Shown piece by piece: positions 1 to 8,095 of a stretch of 64,000 nucleotides of DNA. The stretch is from a virus: the IMG/VR virus record IMGVR_UViG_3300006853_000015, one strand, 5' to 3'. How positions within the stretch are numbered: the stretch's first letter is position 1; each line of letters opens with the position of its first letter. The notes below the pieces were generated by a model. It ran no database searches, had not been told where the DNA came from, and saw nothing but the letters and a program-made list of their open reading frames with translations. The translations under genes and the position numbers were made by a program.

Positions 1-315
1 CGCATCTGCGGGGAGCGTGAATGTCTCGTATTCGACGGTTGGCAGTGAAACTTCCCCAAGCGCTTCATTGGCCAGCTTGCGGCCCTTCTCGCTTAGCCGG
101 TAGAAGCGCCTACGGGGCTGTGTGATCGGGGCAACCTGGATTTCCCAATGCGCCACAACCAAGCGCGCCTTGGGGCCGCGCCAGCGGCGAAGGATAGGGT
201 AAACCGTGCCTGTGGGAAGGCCGGTTAACCGCACGATATCCGCGCCGCAAATCTTGTTGCTTTGGAGAAGGCACTTCAGCACCTTGAGCGAGGCGAAGGT
301 AAGGCTAAGCTTCAT
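1..315 (-). CDS. PadR-family winged-helix regulator, runs off the left edge (not in ORF track)
   Basis: My translation from ATG at 315: MKLSLTFASLKVLKCLLQSNKICGADIVRLTGLPTGTVYPILRRW...HWE...PRRRFYRLSEKGRKLANEAL. It has the PadR-type GTVYPIL and RRFYRLS-KG motifs. Confidence 0.75.
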   Translation of the reverse strand, partial: MKLSLTFASLKVLKCLLQSNKICGADIVRLTGLPTGTVYPILRRWRGPKARLVVAHWEIQVAPITQPRRRFYRLSEKGRKLANEALGEVSLPTVEYETFTLPADA

Positions 316-598
316 GTGGCCTGCTTTCTAGCGCTTTGGCATAGCGATGAAACGCACCGTCAACTTCCATCTGGGTATCATATGGGCCGTGCCTGTGTGC
401 CCATGTTTCGTCCCAGAAATACCACTTGCCGTCTTCCTTATCCCTGTGAACAGGATTGGGCGGGGCGATAGGCTTGGCCAGTTCGATCTTAAACAGGCTA
501 AGGCACATTTCAGCCTGAGCATGGCTTCCATATGGGCCGCCTAGATAAGCGCCCTCTCTAAACCACCAAAAGCCAGCGGCACGATAAGGTTTAGACAT
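305..598 (-). CDS. Hypothetical protein with a duplicated W-x-F...GPY motif
   Basis: 3' part of ORF 305..754, likely start MSKPY at 598. Contains GFWWFREGAYLGGPYGS and GKWYFWDETWAHRHGPYDT. Confidence 0.55.
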   Translation of the reverse strand: MSKPYRAAGFWWFREGAYLGGPYGSHAQAEMCLSLFKIELAKPIAPPNPVHRDKEDGKWYFWDETWAHRHGPYDTQMEVDGAFHRYAKALESRPHEA

Positions 599-839
599 TG
601 GCCTGCTTTCTAACCTTGTTCGCAAGGTTCCGCAAAAGCCTATATGATCCTGCCTTGCCGCGTGGCGTGATGCCGATAGCGGCCAGCTTATCGCGAATGC
701 TATCCAGTGCAGCCGTGGTCTCGATGCATTCGACAATGTGTTTCCATTCCGCAAGGCTTAGCCGCACGGCCTGACCGTGCCGTGCGTGCGCTGTATCCGT
801 TGCGGGATTATCCGTAAGCGCGGATTTTCTCATGATCAC
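591..839 (-). CDS. Hypothetical protein
   Basis: 82-aa ORF overlapping both neighbours in a tightly packed minus-strand run. Confidence 0.5.
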   Translation of the reverse strand: MIMRKSALTDNPATDTAHARHGQAVRLSLAEWKHIVECIETTAALDSIRDKLAAIGITPRGKAGSYRLLRNLANKVRKQANV

Positions 840-1276
840 TTGCCCCTTGTGGGTATGTAAGAGCCTACAGGATCGATATCAGACGAAGGAATGTAGGCCG
901 GAAACATCTGCTCCTTAATGCGATAGCGCAAACGCATCAGATAGGCTGAGACATCGCTATCGGCCTGGATATTGGCGCTTGATTTGATTGCGCCTAACAC
1001 ATGCTCCCATTCTTCCTGCGAGAGCGTGATATCCATGGTTCTGCATTGTGCAGCGGCATGGCCGCGTATCTGGTCTGGTTTTCTCCACCCTATGCGCGTG
1101 GGATCATCCATTGCCTTGGATTTCGGCCTGTATTCTTCCCGCCCCGTGCACGCTGGCCAAAAGTACTCCCAGCCCCAAAAATAGGCCGCTACAAGGCCAC
1201 GCCCCACCATGACCAGGGCAAGGGCGCACACGATCAGAAACAGGGCTGTGGCGAAAGCCGCAAGATCATTTCCCAT
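836..1276 (-). CDS. Hypothetical membrane protein
   Basis: Likely start MGNDL at 1276. N-terminal hydrophobic helix AAFATALFLIVCALALVMVG. Confidence 0.55.
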   Translation of the reverse strand: MGNDLAAFATALFLIVCALALVMVGRGLVAAYFWGWEYFWPACTGREEYRPKSKAMDDPTRIGWRKPDQIRGHAAAQCRTMDITLSQEEWEHVLGAIKSSANIQADSDVSAYLMRLRYRIKEQMFPAYIPSSDIDPVGSYIPTRGK

Positions 1277-1454
1277 CGTGAATGCACTTTCCGCCAAAGC
1301 CGATGGCATTGCGCACAAAAACCCCGCCGCTTTCGTTGCATTCCAGGTCTTTCAAAAACCTGCCCATTGAAAATGTCAGCATCACCACAACGAACAGGGC
1401 AAGTAAGATGCTGACTACCAATTCAAGGCCGTTCATCCCAGCTCCTTCCACCAA
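1266..1454 (-). CDS. Small single-pass membrane protein
   Basis: Hydrophobic segment LVVSILLALFVVVMLTFSM. Confidence 0.5.
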   Translation of the reverse strand: MVEGAGMNGLELVVSILLALFVVVMLTFSMGRFLKDLECNESGGVFVRNAIGFGGKCIHDGK

Positions 1455-1696
1455 TCTAAACGACGTATATCCGGCGCATCTGGCATATGCACCTTGCCGC
1501 GTATTCTTTCGGGGCCGCCGTATGCATTGTCATCGCAATGGCTGCATAGATTGCATTGCCCCATATCATCGATCACACCAGGGCAGGGCTGTGGCCCCGC
1601 CTGTTGCTTTGGCTTGCGGTTGACGTAGATGTAGACAAACCATGCTGCGAACGCTGGTACGATGATGGAGAGCAGCGGCATAAGCTGCCAATGCAT
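1433..1696 (-). CDS. Small membrane protein with Cys-rich C-terminus
   Basis: AGGA RBS before MHWQ at 1696, a TM helix, then a C-x9-CxxCxxC segment. Confidence 0.55.
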   Translation of the reverse strand: MHWQLMPLLSIIVPAFAAWFVYIYVNRKPKQQAGPQPCPGVIDDMGQCNLCSHCDDNAYGGPERIRGKVHMPDAPDIRRLDWWKELG

Positions 1697-1721
1697 GGGA
1701 ATTCCTTTCGACGGTGCGATG

Positions 1722-2048
1722 TTATCCCCTAACGCGCAACCCAAGTCGCACAGCCAGGGCCGTGTCTATCTCGGCAACAATACGGTCGCGAATGGCGATG
1801 GCCTCGCGCACATCATCTATGCCGCTTAGTTGCTGGATGAACTTGGGCGAACTTTCGGTGACGCCATGCGTGTTGATGTGCAGCCATTTAAGGCGGTTTG
1901 CGATCACGGTTGCAACCACATCGCCTAGCAGGCTTTCATAATGGCCATCTTCCGAGATCGCGCCCACGGCCCTATCATGGCGCATCTGGCGAGAACGGCC
2001 GTTGTCTTCGCTTTCCCGTTCGGCATCCACTGTGCCTAGCAAGCTCAT
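1722..2048 (-). CDS. Hypothetical protein
   Basis: 3' part of ORF 1722..2255. The ATG at 2048 overlaps the upstream stop (ATGA). Confidence 0.55.
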   Translation of the reverse strand: MSLLGTVDAERESEDNGRSRQMRHDRAVGAISEDGHYESLLGDVVATVIANRLKWLHINTHGVTESSPKFIQQLSGIDDVREAIAIRDRIVAEIDTALAVRLGLRVRG

Positions 2049-2230
2049 CCCATGCGCCTTTCGATAAGCGCCGCGATGATGCAGCACATCAGCCCCACCA
2101 CAAGCGCAATGATGCCAAACGTGAGAATGATCACGAACGGGGCTATCAGCACTGCGATAAACCACCACCACGAAATCACGCCAACCACGCCAAGGATTAA
2201 GCACACAACAAGGATAAACAGCCAGGGCAT
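2045..2230 (-). CDS. Small hydrophobic membrane protein (2 TM)
   Basis: MPWLFILVVCLILGVVGVISWWWFIAVLIAPFVIILTFGIIALVVGLMCC; almost entirely hydrophobic. Confidence 0.6.
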   Translation of the reverse strand: MPWLFILVVCLILGVVGVISWWWFIAVLIAPFVIILTFGIIALVVGLMCCIIAALIERRMG

Positions 2231-2586
2231 TAATTGTCCTCCCAGGGGATAACACAACGAGCGTTTGTATTGATGTCTTTGCAGTTCTTCATCTCGCGAA
2301 CGCACACGAATTCGCGCTTGGTTTCGGGCACGGGCCGAACTGTGCCCCCGCTTGCTTCGCACCTGTTGCGTTCAAGCTTGGCCCTTTGATCGTCCTGCTT
2401 ATCCTTGGACCACACCAGGAACCAAACAAAGCCGATGATGCATGAAATGCCAACCAACCAAGCCAGGATTGTGAGCGCAATTACCCTAGCCGTATCGTGC
2501 GAGATGATCACGCCAAGCATCACGCCAACGCATAGCGTTGCCACATCCCAGATATGTTGATCAACAAACGCTTGGGCCGCGTTCAT
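2230..2586 (-). CDS. Membrane protein with C-x3-GG-x11-FVC domain
   Basis: Two TM helices then DDQRAKLERNRCEASGGTVRPVPETKREFVC. Paralogous to the adjacent 2583..2780. Confidence 0.6.
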   Translation of the reverse strand: MNAAQAFVDQHIWDVATLCVGVMLGVIISHDTARVIALTILAWLVGISCIIGFVWFLVWSKDKQDDQRAKLERNRCEASGGTVRPVPETKREFVCVREMKNCKDINTNARCVIPWEDN

Positions 2587-2780
2587 ATTTTGCTATCCTC
2601 CCTTAGCGCGGGCAGGCATACAAAGCCCCGCCCTCCTTCCACTTCGAGAACCATTCCGCCGCCCACGCGGCAGGCTTGGCGCGCATCAATCGCGCGTTGA
2701 TCATTCCACGCGGTTAATAGCGCAATGGCCACGCCAAGCATTATTAACATAATGGCCATGCCAGGGCTTGGTCCGCTCAT
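2583..2780 (-). CDS. Membrane protein with C-x3-GG...FVC domain
   Basis: AGGAGG RBS before ATG 2780, a TM helix, then NDQRAIDARQACRVGGGMVLEVEGGRGFVCLP. Confidence 0.6.
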   Translation of the reverse strand: MSGPSPGMAIMLIMLGVAIALLTAWNDQRAIDARQACRVGGGMVLEVEGGRGFVCLPALREDSKI

Positions 2781-2788
2781 GCTTCCTC

Positions 2789-3628
2789 CTAATGGGTAAT
2801 CGTAACGTCCCATTCCATAATGATTTCGCCATTCTGGAAATCATGCGTGTCAGCCTGTGTGTTGCCATAGCTGAAAGTAAGCTTGCTGCCCCACAATTCA
2901 GGCGTGAGCAGCGAATGCGAGCCGCCGTAAAGCAGTGACGCATTTCCAGGGCGAAGAGGTGTCCAATTCTTCAAGTCCTGGCTGTGATAATAGATAATGC
3001 TGTGCAGCGTCCCATCATTCGCCACAAGCCGGTATCCCGTACCAGGGGAAGGAACGGCGCTTACGTGCAAATTGAGCGCGGTGAACGGCTTGCCTGTTTC
3101 CGTGTTGATGCAAAACTCATTGGGCGAAATGATCGTCCACCCGTTCTGATCAAGCTTCTGAAACTGCGCAAGGCCGTCTTTGTTCATCGAGAAGACGCGG
3201 ATATGATCACCCATCTGCAAGGCCGAGGGTGCCCAGCTATCCAGCGCAATTTCCCGATGGCCAAACCACGAAGCGCCGTTGTTTGTGCTGTGGGCGAAGT
3301 ACAGATTGTTATTCGCGATCATATCGCTAAGCTTGGTCCACTTATCAGCCAAAGCTGTGCAATACATATACGTCCACGTTTCGCGCCCTTCGCCATTGGG
3401 CTTAACGAAAGTGGGGTCATTGAAGTGGAACGAGCCGGGGTTATTCAGCCAATTGATGCGGCCAATACCACCCGTGAGAGCGTTATAGTAATAGAGCTTA
3501 TCCGGCCCGCGCTCAGATGCTTTGGACCATCCACCCACCACTGTGCCGAAGGGCGCGCGGGTGAATGAGTAGATGTGATAAAACCGCCCCGGAAGGCAAC
3601 GCATTGAGTTTACAACAAATGAAGGCAT
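2789..3628 (-). CDS. Beta-propeller glycoside hydrolase-like protein (GH43/GH32/GH130-like clan)
   Basis: Motifs FNDPTF, Asp-box HSTNNGASW, WAPSA, YHSQDLKNW and LTPELW. GAGG RBS upstream. Confidence 0.6.
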   Translation of the reverse strand: MPSFVVNSMRCLPGRFYHIYSFTRAPFGTVVGGWSKASERGPDKLYYYNALTGGIGRINWLNNPGSFHFNDPTFVKPNGEGRETWTYMYCTALADKWTKLSDMIANNNLYFAHSTNNGASWFGHREIALDSWAPSALQMGDHIRVFSMNKDGLAQFQKLDQNGWTIISPNEFCINTETGKPFTALNLHVSAVPSPGTGYRLVANDGTLHSIIYYHSQDLKNWTPLRPGNASLLYGGSHSLLTPELWGSKLTFSYGNTQADTHDFQNGEIIMEWDVTITH

Positions 3629-3640
3629 GTAACCTCACAT

Positions 3641-3660
3641 GGGCACCCTACGGGGTGCCC
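3641..3660. promoter_or_regulatory. Perfect 8-bp hairpin just upstream of the RBS of the glycosidase-like gene
   Basis: GGGCACCC-TACG-GGGTGCCC, no U-tract. Near-identical copy at 25972-25994. Confidence 0.5.
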
Positions 3661-3661
3661 G

Positions 3662-4126
3662 TTATGTTTTCAGCTTGCGCGCTTCTTCGATGCCCTGGTT
3701 GAGCCACTGGCATGGCACAATGCCCGCCTTCCCATCGGCCTGCATGTGAGCATATTCCGTGTTCTCGATTGTGATCATGGGTATTGGTTCCGGCTGCGTT
3801 GGCTTCAGGGCCGGGGCCTTGGGCGCATCCTGCACAACCACCTGGATAACCGCCCCAACAATCCCTAGCCTGTGCGCCAAACGAAGGCTACGGGGCTTGT
3901 TTTCCATTTCCACGTTCAACGGGCAATCGGTGAAATCTTCGCGGTTTGTGCGCCTTCCCAAGCGCTTCTCAAGGCATCCTATGCACAGCATGCCCGCGCC
4001 ATCGTTTTCCGGAACAGCTTCAAGCCATACCCGGCTGTGCACCATGTAATATTCCCATGTGCGCAGCGTATCGGCCCCGCAATCGATGCACAGGAAGTTG
4101 GCGTCCCCATCACACGATGTCATCAA
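3662..4126 (-). CDS. Hypothetical Zn-binding phage protein
   Basis: CIDC...EYYMV..VW...LCIGCLEKRLGR...DF: two CxxC motifs. Confidence 0.6.
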   Translation of the reverse strand: MMTSCDGDANFLCIDCGADTLRTWEYYMVHSRVWLEAVPENDGAGMLCIGCLEKRLGRRTNREDFTDCPLNVEMENKPRSLRLAHRLGIVGAVIQVVVQDAPKAPALKPTQPEPIPMITIENTEYAHMQADGKAGIVPCQWLNQGIEEARKLKT

Positions 4127-4355
4127 GCCTGCCTATGTATGATGTTTGAGTAAGGATCACGCTGTGACCCGTTTCTGTGGCGTGCCGCCGTGCCCAACGG
4201 CGCACGCGCCCTGTATCCTGATGCGTGTAATACTTGGGCGAGCGCGCTTCACATATGCGGCAGCACGCAACACAGAATGTTGTTGCCTCCCAGGTTCTAT
4301 TCCGCCCCTTCGTCTTCAGAAGCTGCGATGTCTCGCTCGTTAAATTCGATTTCAT
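4110..4355 (-). CDS. Hypothetical protein, possible C2H2-type metal site
   Basis: CRIC...HATETGH; overlaps neighbours in operon fashion; start uncertain. Confidence 0.4.
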   Translation of the reverse strand: MKSNLTSETSQLLKTKGRNRTWEATTFCVACCRICEARSPKYYTHQDTGRVRRWARRHATETGHSVILTQTSYIGRLDDIV

Positions 4356-4566
4356 TGCGGAATGGCCAACCTGAGAATTTCGGCAGCTTCACAAAGGCGA
4401 TAACAACGGGGCTTCCGTTGTCGTTCTCGATCACCACGCCGTTGATGTGTTGATGAGCGTTGGCTGTGGTTACAACGGCATCAAGGCGACGCAATGCGCT
4501 AATAACCTCGCCCTTTTGTACCTTCGTAAGTTCACCCCAATTCAGCACGCGGGCAACGTAGCTCAT
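4297..4566 (-). CDS. Hypothetical protein
   Basis: Likely start MSYVARV at 4566, an ATGA overlap with the upstream gene. Confidence 0.55.
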   Translation of the reverse strand: MSYVARVLNWGELTKVQKGEVISALRRLDAVVTTANAHQHINGVVIENDNGSPVVIAFVKLPKFSGWPFRNEIEFNERDIAASEDEGAE

Positions 4567-5003
4567 GCGGCGGCTTCCCCAAGGTAGCGTGGCGCACCAC
4601 GGGTAAGTATCCAATGGCCGCGATACGCGCCATTCTTGGGCATGCCGTAGACGCTGGCTTTGTACTCGATTAGGGCTTGAAGCGTCATCACATCAAGCGT
4701 AACCGGCTGAATACCGTTCTCAAGCTGCCTGATCACGTTTTGATGTCCATGCCACACAGAAGAATGGCATTTCTTGCCAAGGGATGCGGCAATCTGCGTC
4801 ATTGAAAGGTTGGTAAGTTCGACGGCCAGAAAGTAGTAAATCTGACGCGGATGCGCCACAAGGTGCGCGCGCTCGCTTGAACAGAAGCGCTTGGCTGTGC
4901 AGCCCTGGAAATAATTCAGGACATTGAACTGTATCCAGCGCAAGCTTGGCGGGTCTTTGTGAACAGTGCGCGTGATGTGCACCCCGCCCTTTATCCGGCC
5001 CAT
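4563..5003 (-). CDS. DnaA C-terminal (domain IV) helix-turn-helix protein
   Basis: RAHLVAHPRQIYYFLAVELTNLSMTQIAASLGKKCHSSVWHG parallels the DnaA domain IV pattern (R...PRQ.AMYL.RELT..SL..IG..FG.RDH.TV.H). No AAA+ domain. Confidence 0.75.
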   Translation of the reverse strand: MGRIKGGVHITRTVHKDPPSLRWIQFNVLNYFQGCTAKRFCSSERAHLVAHPRQIYYFLAVELTNLSMTQIAASLGKKCHSSVWHGHQNVIRQLENGIQPVTLDVMTLQALIEYKASVYGMPKNGAYRGHWILTRGAPRYLGEAAA

Positions 5004-5236
5004 TAGATCGCGTCTCCGGTTTCCGGGTTAACATCTGTGGGGCGGGGATCGCGGCTAACGCATGGGCCGCTGATGCGATCACCAGGACGCCACGCCGTGC
5101 CGCAATCGCAGCAACGCACGCCTTCCGTGGTGGGGAACACGCGCGGGTGGTTGCCCACGCGAACGGTTTGCACGCCTTCCACAATGTTAGAAGTGGTAAT
5201 CATCTGTTGCGCTATCCTCCCAGGGTTTCCGGCCAT
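5003..5236 (-). CDS. Hypothetical protein with CxxC
   Basis: 77-aa ORF abutting the DnaA-IV gene; CCDC...C. Confidence 0.5.
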   Translation of the reverse strand: MAGNPGRIAQQMITTSNIVEGVQTVRVGNHPRVFPTTEGVRCCDCGTAWRPGDRISGPCVSRDPRPTDVNPETGDAI

Positions 5237-5639
5237 CTTGGGTCAGCTCGTGCGTGTAATGCGCCAGCTTGTTGGCATAGTTGCGCCTGTCTTCGCCGCA
5301 CGTGGCCCCATTGCCGTGGTCCATGCGCCAGATACCGCTTTCGGGGTTAAGCCCCGCGCGGTATTGGGTGCCATCTTGGCCATACACAAGCACCATGGAA
5401 ACCAGCGTATCCCATTGCCGAAACAGGGCTATGATCGCGCCAATATCGGCTAGGTGTGCGTTTCGGGCCACAAACACGGTGCCCGTGCGTATCCTTACGC
5501 TATAGCTGATTTCGCATATGCCGCAACCCAACTCAGGTTGGTTGCGGAATTCGGCTAAAAGCGTCACTTTCGCTTGCCTTTCCTTGCGATGGGTTCCGGC
5601 TTGTGCACCAAGCACGCGCCGCAGTTCACCTCTCCCCAA
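5187..5639 (-). CDS. Hypothetical protein
   Basis: 150-aa ORF in the minus-strand run; start uncertain. Confidence 0.45.
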   Translation of the reverse strand: MGRGELRRVLGAQAGTHRKERQAKVTLLAEFRNQPELGCGICEISYSVRIRTGTVFVARNAHLADIGAIIALFRQWDTLVSMVLVYGQDGTQYRAGLNPESGIWRMDHGNGATCGEDRRNYANKLAHYTHELTQDGRKPWEDSATDDYHF

Positions 5640-5670
5640 CCAATTGCTATCTTGTCAGGCGATTTCGGCC

Positions 5671-5835
5671 CTATCTTTTTCTCACACACAGGGCCGCTAA
5701 TGCCGCGCTTGTGCACTGTGGCGGCTTTCTTGCCTGACATTGATGCAACTCCCTTCCCGTTTCGATTGCGGCGCTAACGGCTACTGCGAGGGCTAGCGCG
5801 GCGATTATCCCAATCAATGCCAGTAGGTTTTTCAT
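5671..5835 (-). CDS. Small secreted or membrane peptide
   Basis: Signal-like MKNLLALIGIIAALALAVAVSAA, followed by three Cys. Confidence 0.5.
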   Translation of the reverse strand: MKNLLALIGIIAALALAVAVSAAIETGRELHQCQARKPPQCTSAALAALCVRKR

Positions 5836-6022
5836 GGGCCGCCTCATGTGCGAAGCCCCATTGCTTCGGCCCAATGCCGCTATCAACGCGCGACATTGTT
5901 GTGGCTTCGCCAATCTCGTTGATACAGGTTACAACCTGGACATCTGGATCAATCAAGCTGGCCAGTTCGATGGCCCCGCGCCAGCTTGCGGCCTCATCGC
6001 CATATAGCTGTATCGTGGCCAT
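5774..6022 (-). CDS. Hypothetical protein
   Basis: GGAG RBS before MATIQLY at 6022. Confidence 0.5.
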   Translation of the reverse strand: MATIQLYGDEAASWRGAIELASLIDPDVQVVTCINEIGEATTMSRVDSGIGPKQWGFAHEAAHEKPTGIDWDNRRASPRSSR

Positions 6023-6143
6023 CTGCCGCTCTCCACAATAGGACAGCGCCACAATGTGCGCACAGACAAACTTGTTCCACATGCCCTGATGCATAAGCAT
6101 TGCCCTTTAGCGCACGGGCGCAACCGCGCCGTGCGATTATGGT

Positions 6144-6647
6144 TTACGCGGTTAAGTCTGGATAGAAGGAAACCGTGCGGAACAAGACGCCAGCTTCGGC
6201 GAAGATATCCCGCGCATAATGGGAATTCCTTCCCCATCGTGGGTCTGGCGCTTTCATATCCCAAGACACAAACTCACGGATACCGGCCTGCACGATTGAT
6301 GCGGCACATTGGTCGCACGGATAACCACCCCAAACCATGCATTGCAGATTGCGCGCGGCCATGTACATGGAACAGTTCAAGGTGGTGATGCCCATGCGCG
6401 CCGCCGTTGCAATCATGTTCTGCTCAGCGTGAACAATCATGCGGTACTTTATGGCACGGTTGTGAAGACGCCTTTCCGTATCATCCACGCCACGGGGCAG
6501 GCCGTTAAAGGAAAAGCCAAGCCCTTCCTTTCCAGGCCCTACCAGAACGCAGCCAACCTGCGTGGAAGGGTCTTTGCTCTCCCTTGCCACGCGGGTAGCC
6601 ATGTCAAGGAACAGATAGTCCCAATGGGACGGCGGATCATGCAGCAC
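6144..6647 (-). CDS. dCMP deaminase
   Basis: SKDPSTQVGCVLV, VHAEQN and PCDQC zinc motifs. Confidence 0.92.
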   Translation of the reverse strand: MLHDPPSHWDYLFLDMATRVARESKDPSTQVGCVLVGPGKEGLGFSFNGLPRGVDDTERRLHNRAIKYRMIVHAEQNMIATAARMGITTLNCSMYMAARNLQCMVWGGYPCDQCAASIVQAGIREFVSWDMKAPDPRWGRNSHYARDIFAEAGVLFRTVSFYPDLTA

Positions 6648-7188
6648 TTGGCCAGCGGTATCCTAGAACCTGATTTGCAGGGTATTCCGCAACGGAAACC
6701 TTGTTGCTTTGGTTGCCGCCTAGAACCATGATTTTGCCGTCTTTGCCAGGGCCAACGTACAAGGCAACGTGGCCTTGCCAACCGCTTGGGCTTCCGCGCC
6801 AGAACACCACCACGGCCCCAAGACGGGGGATATCAAGCTTGCGGCCCCATGTAAGCCAGGACCGCGCGTTGGCCTTGCCCGTGCCTACGTGGCCAGCGCG
6901 TCCCATCCATTCATTGGCCTTGGCGCTACACCATGCGTCAACGCTATCATCCGTTGGCTTGTAGCCGGGCACATACTGCCAAGCGCGCATGATATCGGGG
7001 TTTGACTTGGAACCGGGAATTTCCGCAATCCCAAGGTCTTCCAGCGCGATATCATACCAGGGCGGGTTAACGCCCGTTACAGGGATGGAAGGCGGAGACG
7101 GTAACGGCTCCTGTTGGGGAGACGGTTCCGCTGGCTTGCGCGCGAAAAGCGCAATGAAGGATGCGATAAGTTCGAATAGTTTCCGCAT
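6637..7188 (-). CDS. TIGR02594-family NlpC/P60-like peptidoglycan peptidase
   Basis: PWYDIA..DLGIAEIPG..SNPDI, AWCSA, ARSWLTWG, GAVVVFWRG, GHVALY, VLGGNQSNKV. Confidence 0.88.
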   Translation of the reverse strand: MRKLFELIASFIALFARKPAEPSPQQEPLPSPPSIPVTGVNPPWYDIALEDLGIAEIPGSKSNPDIMRAWQYVPGYKPTDDSVDAWCSAKANEWMGRAGHVGTGKANARSWLTWGRKLDIPRLGAVVVFWRGSPSGWQGHVALYVGPGKDGKIMVLGGNQSNKVSVAEYPANQVLGYRWPSAA

Positions 7189-7191
7189 GGC

Positions 7192-7581
7192 CTACCTCTT
7201 TTTAAGCGCGGCCTTGATCATTTCGGCCCGCCTTTGTGCGATCACGGCCCGCATAGCGTTAAGCCATGTCGTAAGCGGCCTTTCCACAAAATAGCTGCCA
7301 ACCACGTGGGGCGAGCATTCCATGGCGAACTTGAAGTGGAGCCGGTTGCAGCGGGGCAGGAAGTGAACGCTGAAAATCATTCCGCCCGGCAAACCTTCGC
7401 CGCTATCGTAATCAGGAAACTGATCAAGGATGAGCTGACGTATCCGGCGCAACAACTCTATGCGGATGCTTGGGGATAGCAGCCTGTCTAAATCATCCCA
7501 GATGGTAGCGGCGGGAAAGGCTTTGGTTAAAGCTTCGGCTTCACCAAAGCCACGCGGCGGGGTGCGCCCTTGCTTTCTCAT
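7192..7581 (-). CDS. Hypothetical protein
   Basis: 129-aa ORF coupled to the cold-shock gene. Confidence 0.55.
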   Translation of the reverse strand: MRKQGRTPPRGFGEAEALTKAFPAATIWDDLDRLLSPSIRIELLRRIRQLILDQFPDYDSGEGLPGGMIFSVHFLPRCNRLHFKFAMECSPHVVGSYFVERPLTTWLNAMRAVIAQRRAEMIKAALKKR

Positions 7582-8087
7582 TCGGGTTTATCATAGGCCA
7601 CGTCACCAACGCATAACTTGCCACGCGCCCAACCATAGCGCACCCAAACCTGTTTGCCCGTGCCGAGCGCGGCAATGCCGCAACGGCGTAGGGTCTGAAT
7701 ATGCACGAATGCATCAGGCATGCCGGGCACAACGATGAAGCCAAAGCCCTTAAGCCGGTTGAACCACTTGCATTCTCCCAGCTCCCAATCGGAAGTTGCT
7801 TCCACCGTGTTGCGCGGCGCGGCGTAGCTCTTCGGCTGTGGGGCCGGGGCTTCAACTGCCGTGCTCTCATCCACGTGGATGATTTCTGAGACGCGCAGTT
7901 GATCGCCCTTGAAGTAAAACGCCTTGGCCTGAACCGTTGCGCCTACGGGCAACGGCCAATCTTCGGCAACCGTATGGTGCACCATGGCGTCGCCTGCCGC
8001 TGTTGTGATGAAGCCGAAACCCTTTGCGGTGTCATAGAACTTCACGCGGCCAACTACGGAGAAGAACGGAATAACATTCCCGCTCAT
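7578..8087 (-). CDS. Cold-shock protein with two CSD domains
   Basis: [15 protein letters not shown]...MVHH and [15 protein letters not shown]...DAFVHI (RNP1/RNP2 motifs twice). Confidence 0.9.
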   Translation of the reverse strand: MSGNVIPFFSVVGRVKFYDTAKGFGFITTAAGDAMVHHTVAEDWPLPVGATVQAKAFYFKGDQLRVSEIIHVDESTAVEAPAPQPKSYAAPRNTVEATSDWELGECKWFNRLKGFGFIVVPGMPDAFVHIQTLRRCGIAALGTGKQVWVRYGWARGKLCVGDVAYDKPE

Positions 8088-8095
8088 AATGGATA

